This document shows, in pieces, positions 1 to 13,857 of a stretch of DNA of 64,000 nt. Location of the stretch: assembly GCF_964355755.1 (NCBI RefSeq), contig NC_092670.1:28756388-28820387 (forward strand). Direction: 5' to 3'. The notes below the pieces were generated by a model that saw only the letters and a program-made list of their open reading frames with translations, did no database searches and was not told the DNA's origin. The stretch's first letter is position 1. Each line of letters begins with the position of its first letter. Position numbers and translations under genes: made by a program. This DNA is from Antedon mediterranea (taxonomy: Eukaryota; Animalia; Echinodermata).

Positions 1-176
1 AACCATAATTTATATATAGATGAATTTATTCATGCACAATTTTTACCTCTCGGATGTTATGACGTCATCGTATGGCCACACGAATATAAAATAGAGGATT
101 TTTGTCTCTTTCGTTATTGCTCATCACAATCAACAGAGCGCATCTCGCTTATACGTATTCCATTTCCCCCGATATT

Positions 177-1657
177 TAGGTTATATGCATTATCATGCAT
201 ATAACCTCTTGATTCTGTCAAAATCTTTATTTATTTATTTATTTTATTTATTCTTTCCTTAGCACTATTTTGTCCGTGAATTATCTTGATATCAGTTTCA
301 TCTATTTAAGTCAATTTTTCAGAGTATATTCCTTATGGCCAGGAATCGATGTGGTTATATTTTCACGATGCGTAATCAAAAATTACGCGGTCTACGCGCG
401 ATTTTACGAAATCACGTTTGTAATCATATCTTCACAAGCATGAATCACAATTAAACAAAATTTGGTACTCATAAATTTCAGGTCATATTTCATCATATGG
501 CAATACAATTACGTGCGTAGCGCATATAACGCTTGCGTACGCGCGCTTAAAATGTTCAAAATTGTCAAAATTTATTTTCGATGAAATTAGAGTACGTTTC
601 AGGCAATTTTAAGCGTTTAAAAAATTGCCATGAGTGCGCAGATTTTTGCACGCGCACTGCGCGTTATACGTTAATGCGCACTCTTTTTGTCCGATTTCGG
701 TTGTACAACCTTTCTTTAATAATATCATCATATTTTATTCACTTTTCAACGCGTAATTGCCTTATACGAGCACGTCAAAAGTGACAGGCTACGCACGTGT
801 AAGTTAACAAAATGGTGAAAATATGCTAAATTTTAAAATTAATATAGATCGTCAGAATGCTCGGGAACACATATTTTTTATTTCATTTTCTTGAAGTGTA
901 TGTATCTTATGTATGATTTATTATTAAACTAAGAGAACAAAAGTTGATTAAGCCATAATTAATTGCATATTAAATTAAAAAAAATTCATTTCGACAATCA
1001 AACAAATTATGACATTTTCTTAGGCCAAAATAACAAACTTAACATTAACTTTCTTCCTCCAAAAGTTCATATATTAAAGTTAAAAGTATATAGTTTGACA
1101 GTGCATCATTTTTGTACATTTTCAGAGATGTCATCATAGTAAAAAATTATAATTCATTGCGGTATGTAATAATCTATCTGCACCAAAGTGGTTACTGCAT
1201 AGTAAATACACGGAGGAATTTTTCTACAATTTTTAGACAGTTGTGTATGGCTCGGTGGTGTGTGCTCGTGTCTATGGCACTCAAGGTACCGAGATCGAGT
1301 CTCACCTTTGGAAACGAAATAAGATTTTTTTTTTATTATTCGTATTGTTTGTTCAAATTTATTTCTTAGTGTATATATTATACACATGATTTATAATGAA
1401 ATCTAGATAAAAAATAACTTATGTCTTTATTATTATGTAACAGCAAATGTGGTTTATGACATTATACGCAGAGGGATCTTTGATCGGATTGTGATACCGG
1501 CTATTGTATTCGCGTTAGCAAGGTCCTATCATATATTATAAATAATTAAAGAATCTGAGAAAATCAATGAATCAAAATATCTTTTAAAAATCAATTATCT
1601 TTATTAAAATCAATGCATATAACCTATAATTCGTCATAGTGACGAATTAAATCTAGT
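177..1657 (+). mobile_element. Non-autonomous Helentron (HINE-like)
   Basis: 5' palindrome aggttatatgcat-tatc-atgcatataacct, (TTTA)n tract, 3' repeat atgcatataacct, hairpin aattcgtca-tag-tgacgaatt, then CTAGTT. The flanks join up uninterrupted in the paralog at about 5790-5940 (T-run target). Confidence 0.8.
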
Positions 1658-2100
1658 TTAATATTGTCTACGTCAATCAACTATCTTTCGCATGAGTTAA
1701 AAATATTTCGTCATCATGTCTAAAAATGTAAATAACGTGGGTCACTTATTTTCATCTTTACAGTAAATTTCAATCTGTTATAGCTCGTAAAAATAAAATG
1801 TGATAATCACGAAGCTATTGGATTGTAGATATGAAATCATGTGAGCATTTTTCCAATCAGATGTTGTGACGTCATCATATGGCCAGTTAAATAAAACATG
1901 TCGTATTTTCATCTTTTGCGTCATAGTTCATTACATTTAAACGAGCGTGCATCAATATTTCACGTATTCAAATTTCTTCTACACGTTAATATGTTGTTGC
2001 TGAGATAATTTCCTTCCGAAATTGCTACATTCACGTTTCATTTTGAAACCGTCAACATGTTAAGAATAGGAATAAATAGCGGGTCCCGTAATTTCACCTA

Positions 2101-3417
2101 CTAGATGGTACGCTCGCTTCGCTCGCGTACCATCTAGGTCGTGCCCACAGACGGTTCTCGAATATAGGCCTACAGTAATTCCAGCGTAAAAAAACTGGCG
2201 ATTTCAAATGTACGTACCGCAGGACTATAATACATTGTCGTTTACAGAAACGAATAAATAGACACGATGATTTATGTAGTCAACTAAAATTAGCACCCTG
2301 GGAATTACTTCCGAAGGAGAAACTTTTCACAAAATGAGTCCAAATTTTTTATTTGGACTCATTTAAAAAACCCCAATTTGTGTTTTGTATGTAACATTAG
2401 GGTTGAGGGATGGGAAAGCGGATAGGTACAAAGAGGGACAATTTTTAAATATATTCTTTATCCACTCAGTAACGAAATATTTTGTTCATGTTTTATAAGC
2501 CTATACATAATATACCTCTAAATACAGTAAAACATTTGCAATTTAATACTTTGTTAAAACTGTCACTGTCATAATCGATTGAAATATTAAAGTACATGTC
2601 ACGATACACCACTACGACGTTTATATTTTTGGTAATTATTAATTAATACAAACGTTGAGAAGGAACTGTCAGTATAAAGTGTATTTGTATATAATAATGT
2701 GTTTATATATCTAACAGTAGAGCCTATCCACAATGTCAGTAATACAGTTTATTATTATCTAACAGGACGAACATTCACAGTAAGAAATGTTCGATTCAAA
2801 TGAGGACCAAAAATAGTTATTTACAGTATTGTCAAAGTATTGCAAGTTTATTCTCAAAGGGCCCATATATTTACCTACCGTATGTGTTAAACCAAGGGCT
2901 CATAAATTTACCTAAAGTACTTGTGTTAAACCAAACTCTGGCAGACTGAGAGATTGGGATGTTCCATTCATCGCAAATCAATACATTTGTATAATCGTAT
3001 ATTAAATCTTTCAAAATAGTATTTTTTAAAGAAAATCGGCCTGTCTTCAACATTATGATGGTGTACTCTAGCTGTTCAACCGGTTTTCAGCTATTAAAAA
3101 CAATTATCGTAGGAGGAGATAGGAAAATGCGAAGCCTCCTCGCATTTTTGTGGCGGGTATTTTTCAAGATGGACATCCATTAGACAGTGTATACCACGAT
3201 CGGAAAACACCCCTATTTGGGGCAAATCGTTGAACCTAAATTCGTTTTAATCGTCAATAACTAATTATCTAACGTAATTTAATTAGTAAACAGGGTTACA
3301 TCAGGTGGTTAAAATCAGTACCGAAAGTACGAACCAACTTTATATACCATCGAGTGAAAATTCTAGAAGTAAGGCGCGATTTACCGAATTTTGCCCTTAC
3401 GTAAATTTATATATAGA
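2101..3417 (-). mobile_element. Non-autonomous Helitron, copy A
   Basis: Minus strand starts TCTATATATA and ends with hairpin ctagatggtacgcgagcgaagcgagcgtaccatCTAG followed by T. Confidence 0.85.
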
Positions 3418-4868
3418 CTAGATGGTACGCTCGCTTCGCTCGCGTACCATCTAGGTCGTGCCCACAGATGGTTCTCGAATACATAATGATTTCAGCGTTA
3501 AAAAACTGGCGATTTCAAATGTACGTACAATAATACATGTCGTTTACAGGAACGAATAAATAGACACTGATTTATGTACTCAACTAAAATTAGCACCCTG
3601 AGAATTACTTCCGAAAGAGAAACTTGTCACAAAATGAGACCAATTGTTTAAGTCAAATTTAAACAAACTTAATTTGTGTTTTGTATGTAACATTAGGGGT
3701 GAGGGATGGGGAAGAGGATGGGTGCAAAGAGGAACAATTTTTAAATATATTAAATATATTCTTTATCCATTTAGTAACGAAATATTAATTGTTTTCATGT
3801 TTTACAAATAATATACCACTAAACACAGTAAAACATTGCGATGTAATACTTTGTTGAAACTATCACCGTCCTAGTCGATTGAAATAGTACAGTAGGCCCT
3901 ACATGTAACGATACATCACTACGACGTGTATATGTTTATATAATGTAAAACAATTTGTGAAAACCACCTCTATTCGGGGAAAATCATAAATTCGATTTAA
4001 TCGTCAATAAATATTAAATTATCTAACTCAACTTAATTAGTAGGCCTAATGGTTTTCAATTGTTTCCTAGAGCCAATTCATACTTAAGTTGGTTCCTACC
4101 CTACCCACCAAAGTCCATCTGCGTTTAGGGCATGTGATGTACCGTAGGCCTATCCTCTACTGGTTTTACAACGCTACTCATGCCAGTGAGGGAAGGGTGA
4201 TGATGTGGGTGGTTTAACTGCAATAATAAAGATTTATACATAATATACGGTGAGTGAAAACGCTAGCTCTTTATCCGTTTAAAAAAAATTTATATCCAAC
4301 CTCTGCAGCACAGATTGAAAAAAAAATGGATCGAATTTCTGTTATGAGTATACAGTACTTGCCTTTACGACGCCTGAGGGAATAGACACTTGTGGAACAG
4401 AGATTGGAATGTTCCATTCATCGCAAATCAATACATTTGTATAAACGTATATTAAATCTATCAAAATAGTATTTTTTAAAGAAAATCGGCCTGTCTTCAA
4501 CATTATGATGCTGTACTCGAGCTGTTCAACCGGTTTTCAGCCATTAAAAACAATTATCGTAGGAGGAGATAGGAAAATGCGAAGCATCCTCGTATTATCG
4601 TCTGCGGGTATTTTTCAAGACGGACATCCATTAGACAGTGTATACCACGATCGAAAAACACCCCTATTTGGGGCAAATCGTTGAACCTAAATTCGTTTTA
4701 ATCGTCAATAACTAATTATCGAACTCAATTTAATTAGTAAACAGGGTTACATCAGGCGGTTAAATTCAGTACCGAAAGTACGAACCAACTTTATATACCA
4801 TCGAGTAAACATTCTAGAAATAACGGGCGATTTACCGAATGTTGCCCTTACGTAAATTTATATATAGA
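3418..4868 (-). mobile_element. Non-autonomous Helitron, copy B (head-to-tail with A)
   Basis: Same termini as copy A and preceded by A; different central segment at about 3945-4400. Confidence 0.85.
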
Positions 4869-4869
4869 T

Positions 4870-6400
4870 TCTACACTGTATATGATATGTATACAGATTA
4901 TACTGTGTATACTATATGACACAAAATAATAGAATTCAGCAATAACAACATATCATATTCTTCAGTTCAGGTCATAATGCCATAATATTTTTCTTTGTGC
5001 AATATTCCAACGTATGACGTGCACGTGGCGTTTGTCGAGCGGATAACTAACTCGTCAAAGTGACGAGTTTCATGTCTAGTTCTTCTTTCCTTCCTTCCTT
5101 TTTGTGAGTCGCGTTTCTCTAAAATGTGTAAACATAACATTTCATAACTTTGACAGCATATGGGCATTTACGTGAAGTTGTGCACCTCCTATTTTTGAAT
5201 GACGTCATAGTTGCGCAACGTGACTTACGCGCAATTTTATGAATTGCAATGATTGATCATAGATTAAAAACCAAAAGTCATATAGTATTGTCGCTTTGAC
5301 AAAATTTAAGTCATATCAGGGAAAAACTTTCTACGGATTAAAAATGGCATGTTTCACAAGAAGTTACGCGCGCACGCGCATTTAAAATTTCAAAATGCGC
5401 AAAATTAATTTCTAATCAACTTTTTACGCGTTTCTTGTCATTTTGAGCATGTCAAAAATTCCCACGGGCGCGCAATTTTTTACGCGCGCGCTGCGCACGT
5501 AGCGTTACAAACATATTTTTTTCTCTTGAATTATATTTTTCATGCCTTTCCTAGTAATTTTGAAAACAATTTAGATCTTTTCCACTTTAAATAACGCCAT
5601 ACGAACACGTTGAATTAGACAATTCGTCCGCATTTTTTATGAAAAAGCTTAAAAAATCGTCAAAATAATGTCTTTTTTTAAACAGTCATAGTTTCTAAAG
5701 TAAACCGTGGACCCTTTATTTTTATTACAAAATCTAGAAGTGGATGAGTTGTAGATATCAGATCATGCATCGATAAGGCTAAAAAAAACATTGTGACGTC
5801 ATCGTATGGCCACACGAATGTAAAATATAGGATTTTTGTCTGTTTCGTTATTGCTTATCACATTCAATGGAGCGCATCACGCTTATCTGTATTCCTTTTT
5901 CTCCTACATTTATATATTGTCTAGGTCAATCAACTTTCTTTAGCATGAGATAAAAATATTTTAATTTTTATAACGTCATTATGCCTAAAAATTTTAATTA
6001 CGTGGGTCATTAATTTCATCTTTATAGTAAATTTTAATCTGTAATAGCTCGTAAGAATAAAATGTGATAATCACGATTAAAACGTTTTCTGGAAGCTATT
6101 GGATTGTAGATACGAAATCATGTGAACTTTTCGCCAATGGGATGTTGTGACGTCATCATATGACAAGTTTAATTAAAAAGGTCAAATTTTCATCGTCTGC
6201 TTCAAAGTTCATCACATTTAAATGTGCGCGCACCAACATTTTACGTATTCAAATTTCTTCTACACGATAAGATGTTGTTGCTGAGATAATTTTCTTCAGA
6301 AATTGCTATCTTTGTGTTTTTTTTTATGACGTCATCATGTTAAATATTTGAATTAAAGGCAGGTCCCATAATTCAGTTAATATGTCATATAATATACAGT
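4870..6400 (+). repeat. Dispersed repeat related to the Helentron internal and host sequences
   Basis: 5790-6375 is colinear with 57-176 plus 1660-2095; 5340-5640 resembles 530-800. Confidence 0.65.
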
Positions 6401-6442
6401 AGTACAATATACGCCAGCATAGTCTCTGATGTGAGCAAATTG

Positions 6443-7040
6443 TTATTCTTGTCTTTATTCATACTAAATAATAAATGGTCGCTTATTAGAGGTGTTTTAA
6501 GTAAGTTGATCTTTAATTGGAAAAGGACCAGTACAATTACTTGTTTTTGTCACAAAATTAAAACTATGTATTCTTCTTGTCTTTATTCATACTAGATAAT
6601 ATAATGGTCGCTAATTGGAGGTGTATTTAAGTAAAGTGATCTATAATTGGAAGAGGACCACTACAGTTACTTAATTTTGTCACATAATTAAAACTATGTA
6701 TTATTCTTGTCTTTACTCCTACCAATTAATATAATGGTCGCTAATTGGAGGTATCTATATGTAAAGTGATCTTTAATTGGAAGAGAACCAGTACAGTTAC
6801 TTAATGTTGTCACATAATTAAAACTATTTATTATTCTTGTCTTTACTCTTACCAATTAATAAATAGTCGCTAATTAGAGGTGTTTTAGATAAAGTGATTT
6901 TTAATTGGAAGAGGACCACTTCATTTACTTGTTTTTGTCACATAATTAAAAATTATTTATTCTTCTTGTCTTTACCCATACCAAATAATATAATGATCCC
7001 TAATTGGAGGTGTTTAGACAAAGTGATCTTCAATTAGAAA
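6443..7040. repeat. Tandem repeat, about 129-bp unit, about 4.6 copies
   Basis: ttcttgtcttta...taattggaagaggacca...gtcacataattaaaacta recurs near 6443, 6570, 6700, 6830 and 6960. Confidence 0.9.
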
Positions 7041-8865
7041 AAAAAACTAGTTTGGCATCATTAAGTATTATTGGTCGTTAAAAGAAGACAAGTGCATGCG
7101 CGATCAAAACCTGAATCTCAAATCCCAACGACCTATCATAAAACGGCCGGATTCCTACCTGACCGCTAATATTTCCCCGCACAGTTTTTAATAGTGTACG
7201 CATTTAAATCCATGGGTCAGACATTATTAAACCGTGTCCACCCGGACACTTTTGAATGCTGGACACATTTCAATCTTACACCAGCATGCACTTCGACAAT
7301 TTCAAGAGGTCAAGGAATGCCTCTAGCAACCGACATGTTTTTGATCAAGTTTAATGGGTTTTCGCCCTTGTCCCTTGCATTTGTTTACCTCAGCTTTAAA
7401 CTTTAATTTCAGAAAATCTATTTCTCTGTGTTCAGAATAATGATCCTTATTTACACATGTTTAGTGTTCCTCTTTTAAACCTTATACATTTCATTTGGTT
7501 GACAACAAGATCAACACGTTTTGCTTCATTCTTAGGCAATAACATATTACCATAACCCAATTCAATATTTTGGCTTTTAATGATTTCAATATAGCCTTGT
7601 AAATATCTTGGGTTTCTACAAAAGAATCTCCTGTCATGTTGACTTCGTCGACACCTGTTTAACTTTATTGTAGCCCAGTTTCGTACTCGCGTCTTGGTTC
7701 ACATGATCTTTTGGCGGGACATCCGAACCGGCTATCGTTGTCGTCATTTTTTACACGTATTAATTCCTGGCTAGTAATCACTAAAATCAGATGCTTTTTT
7801 TACCTTAGGCTTTCTTTGATTCTTTGAAGGTATATTGTCCCTTACCATGCAATTCAGCAGATTTGCTGCCAATTGGTTTGTTTTTAATAAAGAACAAAGA
7901 ATATAAGTGGGCTGAATCGTCTGAGGGCCGAAACGTCCCGGCTGAATCGTCCCTGGGCCGAATCGTCCAGATACCTCTAGCTCACTGACAAAGTCCCGCT
8001 GCTTGTGATTCACTATGTATTGTGATTCACTGTGCTGTGTTGGCATCCCATTGTCTTGTAGAAATAATCCAGTAAAGATCGTAAAGATACGTCAAAAATA
8101 GGGTAAATCAAATATGTATTACAAGTTTGAGTAATCCGCGATTTTTTCATTAGAAATTTGTAACAGAGAGTGATGCCTGCCCTCATAAGGCGGATGTATA
8201 CAGACTAAAGGTTTGATTTAGTAGATATTATACATGGCACATTAAATAGAATTATGATAATATATTTTGCAATTGTAAAAGATTTTATAAAACATATTTA
8301 ATAACAAACCAGTGTACATTCACTTCTACAGAAAATGTATTTACCACCATGCTAAATTAATTCACAAAGAAAGGCCGAACAGCAAAAATAAAAATCAACC
8401 AAAATTACTCAACATGGCCTATTCTTTACCATTGCCGTGTATTAATCTACGGAAAATTAAGTAATGTTTTTACCAGAAACAAGTTAAATATAGAAATATT
8501 ATTAAACTATCGTAAAAACGCGTAAACAACAACACGCCCGGTAACGTCCGGTTGATGAAGCGAACTGTTTATCCGGCAGTTTTTAAATAAATAGCATGAA
8601 ACGAACAATTAAATATCCAAACAGCATTTAAAATGATGTTGGCATGTAGTTGATAACATTTTTTAACTTCCGGTGGTCCAGGCTTAGATTAGTGTGACCG
8701 TCACAAAAAGTTGTATACATCCTGACGCACTACGGCATGGACAATATTACTGTTACAGCGAAAACCGCAGATTACTCATTCTTGTGATACAGTATATATT
8801 TTTTGTGTGAACCGAGAACAAATTGCAACAGAATTTTTTTTTGTTTTGTCTGGTAAATATGGTTC

Positions 8866-9670
8866 AAATGAACATCATTTCCAAAGTTTACCAAAATCGG
8901 ACATAGGAATGGGTTAATTAGCATAAAGTCAAAATGGCCGCCATTTGCTATTTAGACCACCTAAGTGCATTACGAGTAGATATAAATCTGATATTAAACA
9001 TTCTAATTATCATATTCAAATTGCCATATGACGTACCCGTGACGTCATTTGGTAGTTGTGACGTTATATATTATAACTGCTTAAATGACATACAATGCGA
9101 ACAATTTAGGAACTGCAGGAAAACAAGTTTCTTAACATTCTCCTTAACATCATAAACATTCTAATTAGCATATTTAATTTCACATATGACGTACCTATGA
9201 CGTCATACGATAATTGTGACGTCATATATTAAGTTATAACTGCTTAAATGACATTATATTATGCACACAATTTAGAAACTGCAAGAAAACAAGTTTCTAA
9301 AAATTCTCCTTGTTGAAATGAACATCATTTCCAAAGTTTACCAAAACGGGACGTCATAAAGTGGGTTAATTAGCATAAATTCAAAATGGCGGCTAATTAC
9401 TCCAACTCCTTGGTTTACTATACCATTTTGAAGCTCTGTATCTCCTTAACGGTTGGTTTTAGACCACCTCGAATTGTGAGTAGATGTAAATATGACATTA
9501 AACTTCCCAAATTTAAATTACCATATGACGTAACTATGACGTGATAAGGTAGTTGTAACGTCATATATTTATGTTATAATTGCTTAAATGAAATTATCCT
9601 ATGTTAAAAAATGTAGAAACTGCGGGAAAACAAAACATGATATCCAAAGTTTACAAAATCGGACAGAGGA
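8866..9670. repeat. Degenerate higher-order tandem repeat
   Basis: aaatgaacatcatttccaaagtttaccaaaa at about 8866 and 9316 (partial at 9635); catatgacgta subunit at about 9025, 9183 and 9522. Confidence 0.8.
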
Positions 9671-11131
9671 TGAATTATATTTGAAGCAAGAACTGTGAAG
9701 TCCAAAATTAACATGATGTGCCTACATGTATGGTGGAAGTATTTTGACGGGGGTCAACTATTACATTTTCTATGTATGTACTTTGAATAGGAAACTGTGA
9801 TCCAACTCCATATTTAGGATGGTGTCGAATTATTAAACCCCAGACTATTTAATCCCGGAGTAAATGGTAACGTTGAAGGACTTGGGTTGGTAATATTAAC
9901 ATTATCAGGACTGCTCGACAGCCATCAATAAACAATGCACAAAACGATTTATTTAATATTTCATTGCTTTCGCAGCAATGAACAAACATTATGGTGTATA
10001 CATAGGTAGCCTACAGTTACAAAATATTTTAACAACTTAAAAAAAACAATACTAACAGTAAGATGTATGAAGTCGTGGTATACATCATTGTATAATAAAT
10101 ACATTTTTTGAAATATAGAAACGGTGATCATTGTTGCATGATGCATTATCGTATCGACATATATACATACAATGTAATCCATCCATAAAATTTACCTAAT
10201 CCTCTAATCAATGATGCTAAAAATAAGACCATATTTACGGTAAGTGTTGATTGATTGACCTAATCCACGGCACTAATATTAATTAATTAAAATAGATACA
10301 ATAACGTTGTTATGGAAATTAAGGTTTATCATAAAATATTAAAACAAATTGTAAACGTAATACGTAATACCGTAACGTACTGTAAGTTAAAGGATAATTT
10401 AATAAAAATATTTATATCTACGATAGCTATATAATTTATCAAACAAGCTAGAAATAGAAATAATTAAGTAAGATCTGTAACTATGGATGGATCCGCGTTG
10501 TTTGTATGCTTTGTGTAGAAAACATCTATTCGGTGGTCAGTCAGTCAAGAAGGTATTTTGTAATAATACAACCGGAACCTGATACATGATTGGTATATGT
10601 AGCGAAAATAAAGATCATGTAGTATCGCATCTTCTGAAAGCACATTTGATGCTGTATAGCATCTTCAAAAGGCGTATGTCAACACTTTAAATCAACTTAT
10701 ATAGCGTCCTATTTAGGGTACTAATTTATCCAAAGATTTATCTCATGAATTATTCATGTCATCTGCCTGATACGTCGAATAATAAATATTCCACAGCCTC
10801 TCTGCCAGCTGTTTTGTTTATTGGTTAGTGCTTCAGCTTTCCAATCGGTTAGTTCGAATCATCCCAGTGAGGCTGTTTCTTTTCCAAATAATGAGGGTTA
10901 GGTTAGGTTCATAGTTAGGAATTAGGTGCTATTGCTGTTTGTTCAGCAGACACGATATTGCAGAACGTTTATTGGCATTATATATACATCATTATGTTAC
11001 CGTATGAGAACAGGCTAGATCACTTGTAGTAGCACACTGACGAACGTTAAAAGCGTCACATTAAAATAATGCGTCCCAACAACGAATCTTCTGATACAGT
11101 AAACAAACATTTTGTTGAGCATTACAATTGT

Positions 11132-11383
11132 TCACGTTGATACAATGACATTATTAGTTGTGTGTGCAATGGGAGGTTCTGAACTTTTTTCGGCATACGA
11201 TGATGTAGGCCTACCATTTGAGTTTGTGTCTGATGTCTTTTCAACAACGGCCGTTTTTTCTAACTCACTCGATTTTTCTTTTGAAATTGTCTTTTTTAAA
11301 TTTGTCGAGGATTTAACTTTTGAAATTTTCCGTCGTTTTCGGTTAGGTTCGTATATTCTGTAAATTAATGCCAGTGGTCCAGT
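11132..11383 (-). CDS. BMI1: BMI1-like terminal coding exon (RAWUL end, NLS, Ser/Thr/Lys-rich tail)
   Basis: TGPLALIYRIYEPNRKRRKISK...VIVST-TGA resembles BMI1 NGPLPLKYRV; acceptor tttacag; 252 nt including stop. Confidence 0.93.
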   Translation of the reverse strand, partial: TGPLALIYRIYEPNRKRRKISKVKSSTNLKKTISKEKSSELEKTAVVEKTSDTNSNGRPTSSYAEKSSEPPIAHTTNNVIVST

Positions 11384-12803
11384 CTGTAAATAGATAACAA
11401 AAATATGAAATAATTTGCAATTTACTAACTGTGAGGGCGCTGACGAAATATGTAAAGTAAGTTCTTGGATTTGAAATTGCGCCCTCTAAACAAAAATTCG
11501 TCATAAAAAAAAACTGGTGTCCACCCCTTGAGGCAGCAGCACCTTTAAAGATGTATTGTCCCCCTGAAAAACATTTTTTTTGAAAAAAAAATATTGAATT
11601 TTAATTTATTCACCTTTGACCAAAATTGGATGAAAAAAAATATTTACCTGAGAAAATCGTAATTTAAAGTAAAAAATGATCAACCGGAAGTCGGTTGGCT
11701 GGCAGTCAACTGGCTTCCGGTTTAATTTAACACTTGACCTGAAAAATCTTATGAATTATGCATATTGTATGATTCTTGCGCGTGTATGTGACCTCTAGGT
11801 CATCACAACAAAAATACGACGTGATATGGCGAGACGACGTTGTGGGAAAGTTCTGTAGTTATAGTAACAACAACAAAAAACAACTCCTAGGCTAGGTCGC
11901 TCCCTAGCAGATTGGCAAGTAAGAACTGTAGTTTCTATGGTGTAGCTTTGTTAGTTAGTATAGCATAGGATGCCTAGCTAGCCCAGTACAGCTACTGTGT
12001 GTAGTGTACTAGCCTATCCCTATCTATTGCCTAGGCCTAGAGAGGCCTAGTAGCTAGTCTAGTGTACTAGTTGTAGGCGTGAGAGTGAGCAGTAGGCCAA
12101 GCTGATACTAATAGTGTAGAAGTGTCTGTAAGTACTGTTATATCTGGTTCGGTAGTAGGTAGAATGACAGACGAAATGAAACAAGTAGTCATACTCAAGG
12201 TAACTTTTAATAGGTAATCCTCTACAGTATTGGTGTTTAGGTTGCAAAGTGGCAAGGTGTCAATGTGGCAATTTGGCAATGTGTTCATTTATTGCTACAA
12301 ATGCAAAATAGAAACGGATAATTAACAGAAGTACCGGTAATATTAGAATACTGTCACGTGACCCAACCTGTCTGAGCGAGAGAGTGGCCTAGAGTAGACG
12401 TCACCTAAACTGATTAAAATATAACTTTTAAATATTCTTATCAACAATTACAGTCTATTACCAGGATTCCTGGTGTTTTTTAAAAAAGAAGTACTGTAAT
12501 AAAGTTAACAATATTTTAGAATTCACCAAAACGCTATAATTTTCATAATAATACTGTATAGGGTGATTGGAACGCTTCAGGCATGTTTATAAAGCCCCTT
12601 TTCTCACAGAGCTGTGTGTCAGGAATATTGCGGGATTATACCATTACCATGCCGGTATGGTTTTCTGTGTGGCATCATGCCGGAATCATGCCGGAATCAT
12701 GCCGGCATCGACATGACCTGCTTTAGACCTAGTAATATTCTAGGGATATTCCCCGCAATGCCAGACGGGCATTCTGTGAGAACGCAACACCGTTATATTC
12801 GAT

Positions 12804-13445
12804 GCGGGTTGGGTAGGTTTGGCCAGTATGCGTACCTTTTTATGGCCAGCGGGCGTCCCGGAAATTTCGCAATATGGCCAGCGGGCGTCCAATTATTGCG
12901 CAATATTTGTTCAATGGCAGCGTCCGCGCCGTGCGTGTGAAATACGTACAATGCGACATATGGCGCTATATACATAATTAATTTTATATAATTATACAGA
13001 ATTTGCAAGTAGGGCAAGGCTGAACTGAGGCCTCTAAAATCCAATCTATCTGTTCACAGCAGGCTAGTAGCCTAACTTAAACTGATTTAGTAAATTATAC
13101 TACTGTATTTTAGGGCCTAATTAATAACAATAATTATTAATAGTTTTAACTATTATAATGTCAATCAAAAAACATTTTAAACGAAATTTCAAATTATTTA
13201 ATATTTTTTTTCTGATAAATAATAATAGTACGTGGCCGGCCGGCATCTCGCGCGGAAAATGTAAATATAACGCCCTCTCTGTCGCATTGTACGTATTTTT
13301 CACACGCGTGGAGCGCGCGGACGCTGCCATTGAAAACATATTGCGCAATAATTGGACGCCCGCTGGCCATATTGCGCAATATCCGGGACGCCCGCTGGCC
13401 ATAAATTAAAAAGGTACGCATACTGGCCAAACCTACCCAACCCTG
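12804..13445. mobile_element. MITE with about 160-bp TIRs
   Basis: gggttgggtaggtttggccagtatgcgtacc... is mirrored by ...ggtacgcatactggccaaacctacccaaccctg. This explains the mirror ORFs at 12.6-13.4 kb. No clear TSD. Confidence 0.85.
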
Positions 13446-13857
13446 TATTTATATTCCGGGGTCATATTTAATTCCCCGTCGAGGCTTTGACACCTTGCGC
13501 GGTCAAGTGTATCACTTTGGCGCCGATTCAATTCAATTAACAATAATAATGTCGAACTGGGATAATGAGATAAGAGAGCTGCTTAAAATAAGGGGACAAG
13601 AAGAAATTTGTAGCATAATCTATAGGCCTAGGCTAGGCCATAGCTCTTTGTTGGCGCCTGACCCTTCGTGGCCTTGTAAATTGTACAGCCTTCGAAGGTG
13701 TTTTACATATTACCGATGACGGCTAATTAATTGCTGTACCTGTATAATATATGCACAATATACTGTACATGGCATGTATTGCATAAATATGCTATAAAGG
13801 AAGATAATAATCTGTAACTTAAAATTCGCCGCCATATATCACTAGACAAAAATAACA

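Noticed and set aside
7150-7700. Possible decayed LINE ORF1 on the minus strand
   Set aside because: Multiple stops and no motif I can identify with confidence.
11112-11363. 83-aa plus-strand ORF
   Set aside because: Antisense shadow of the BMI1-like terminal exon; likewise 30616-30864 for exon 5.
12614-13430. Mirror-image ORFs with similar peptides
   Set aside because: By-products of MITE TIRs.
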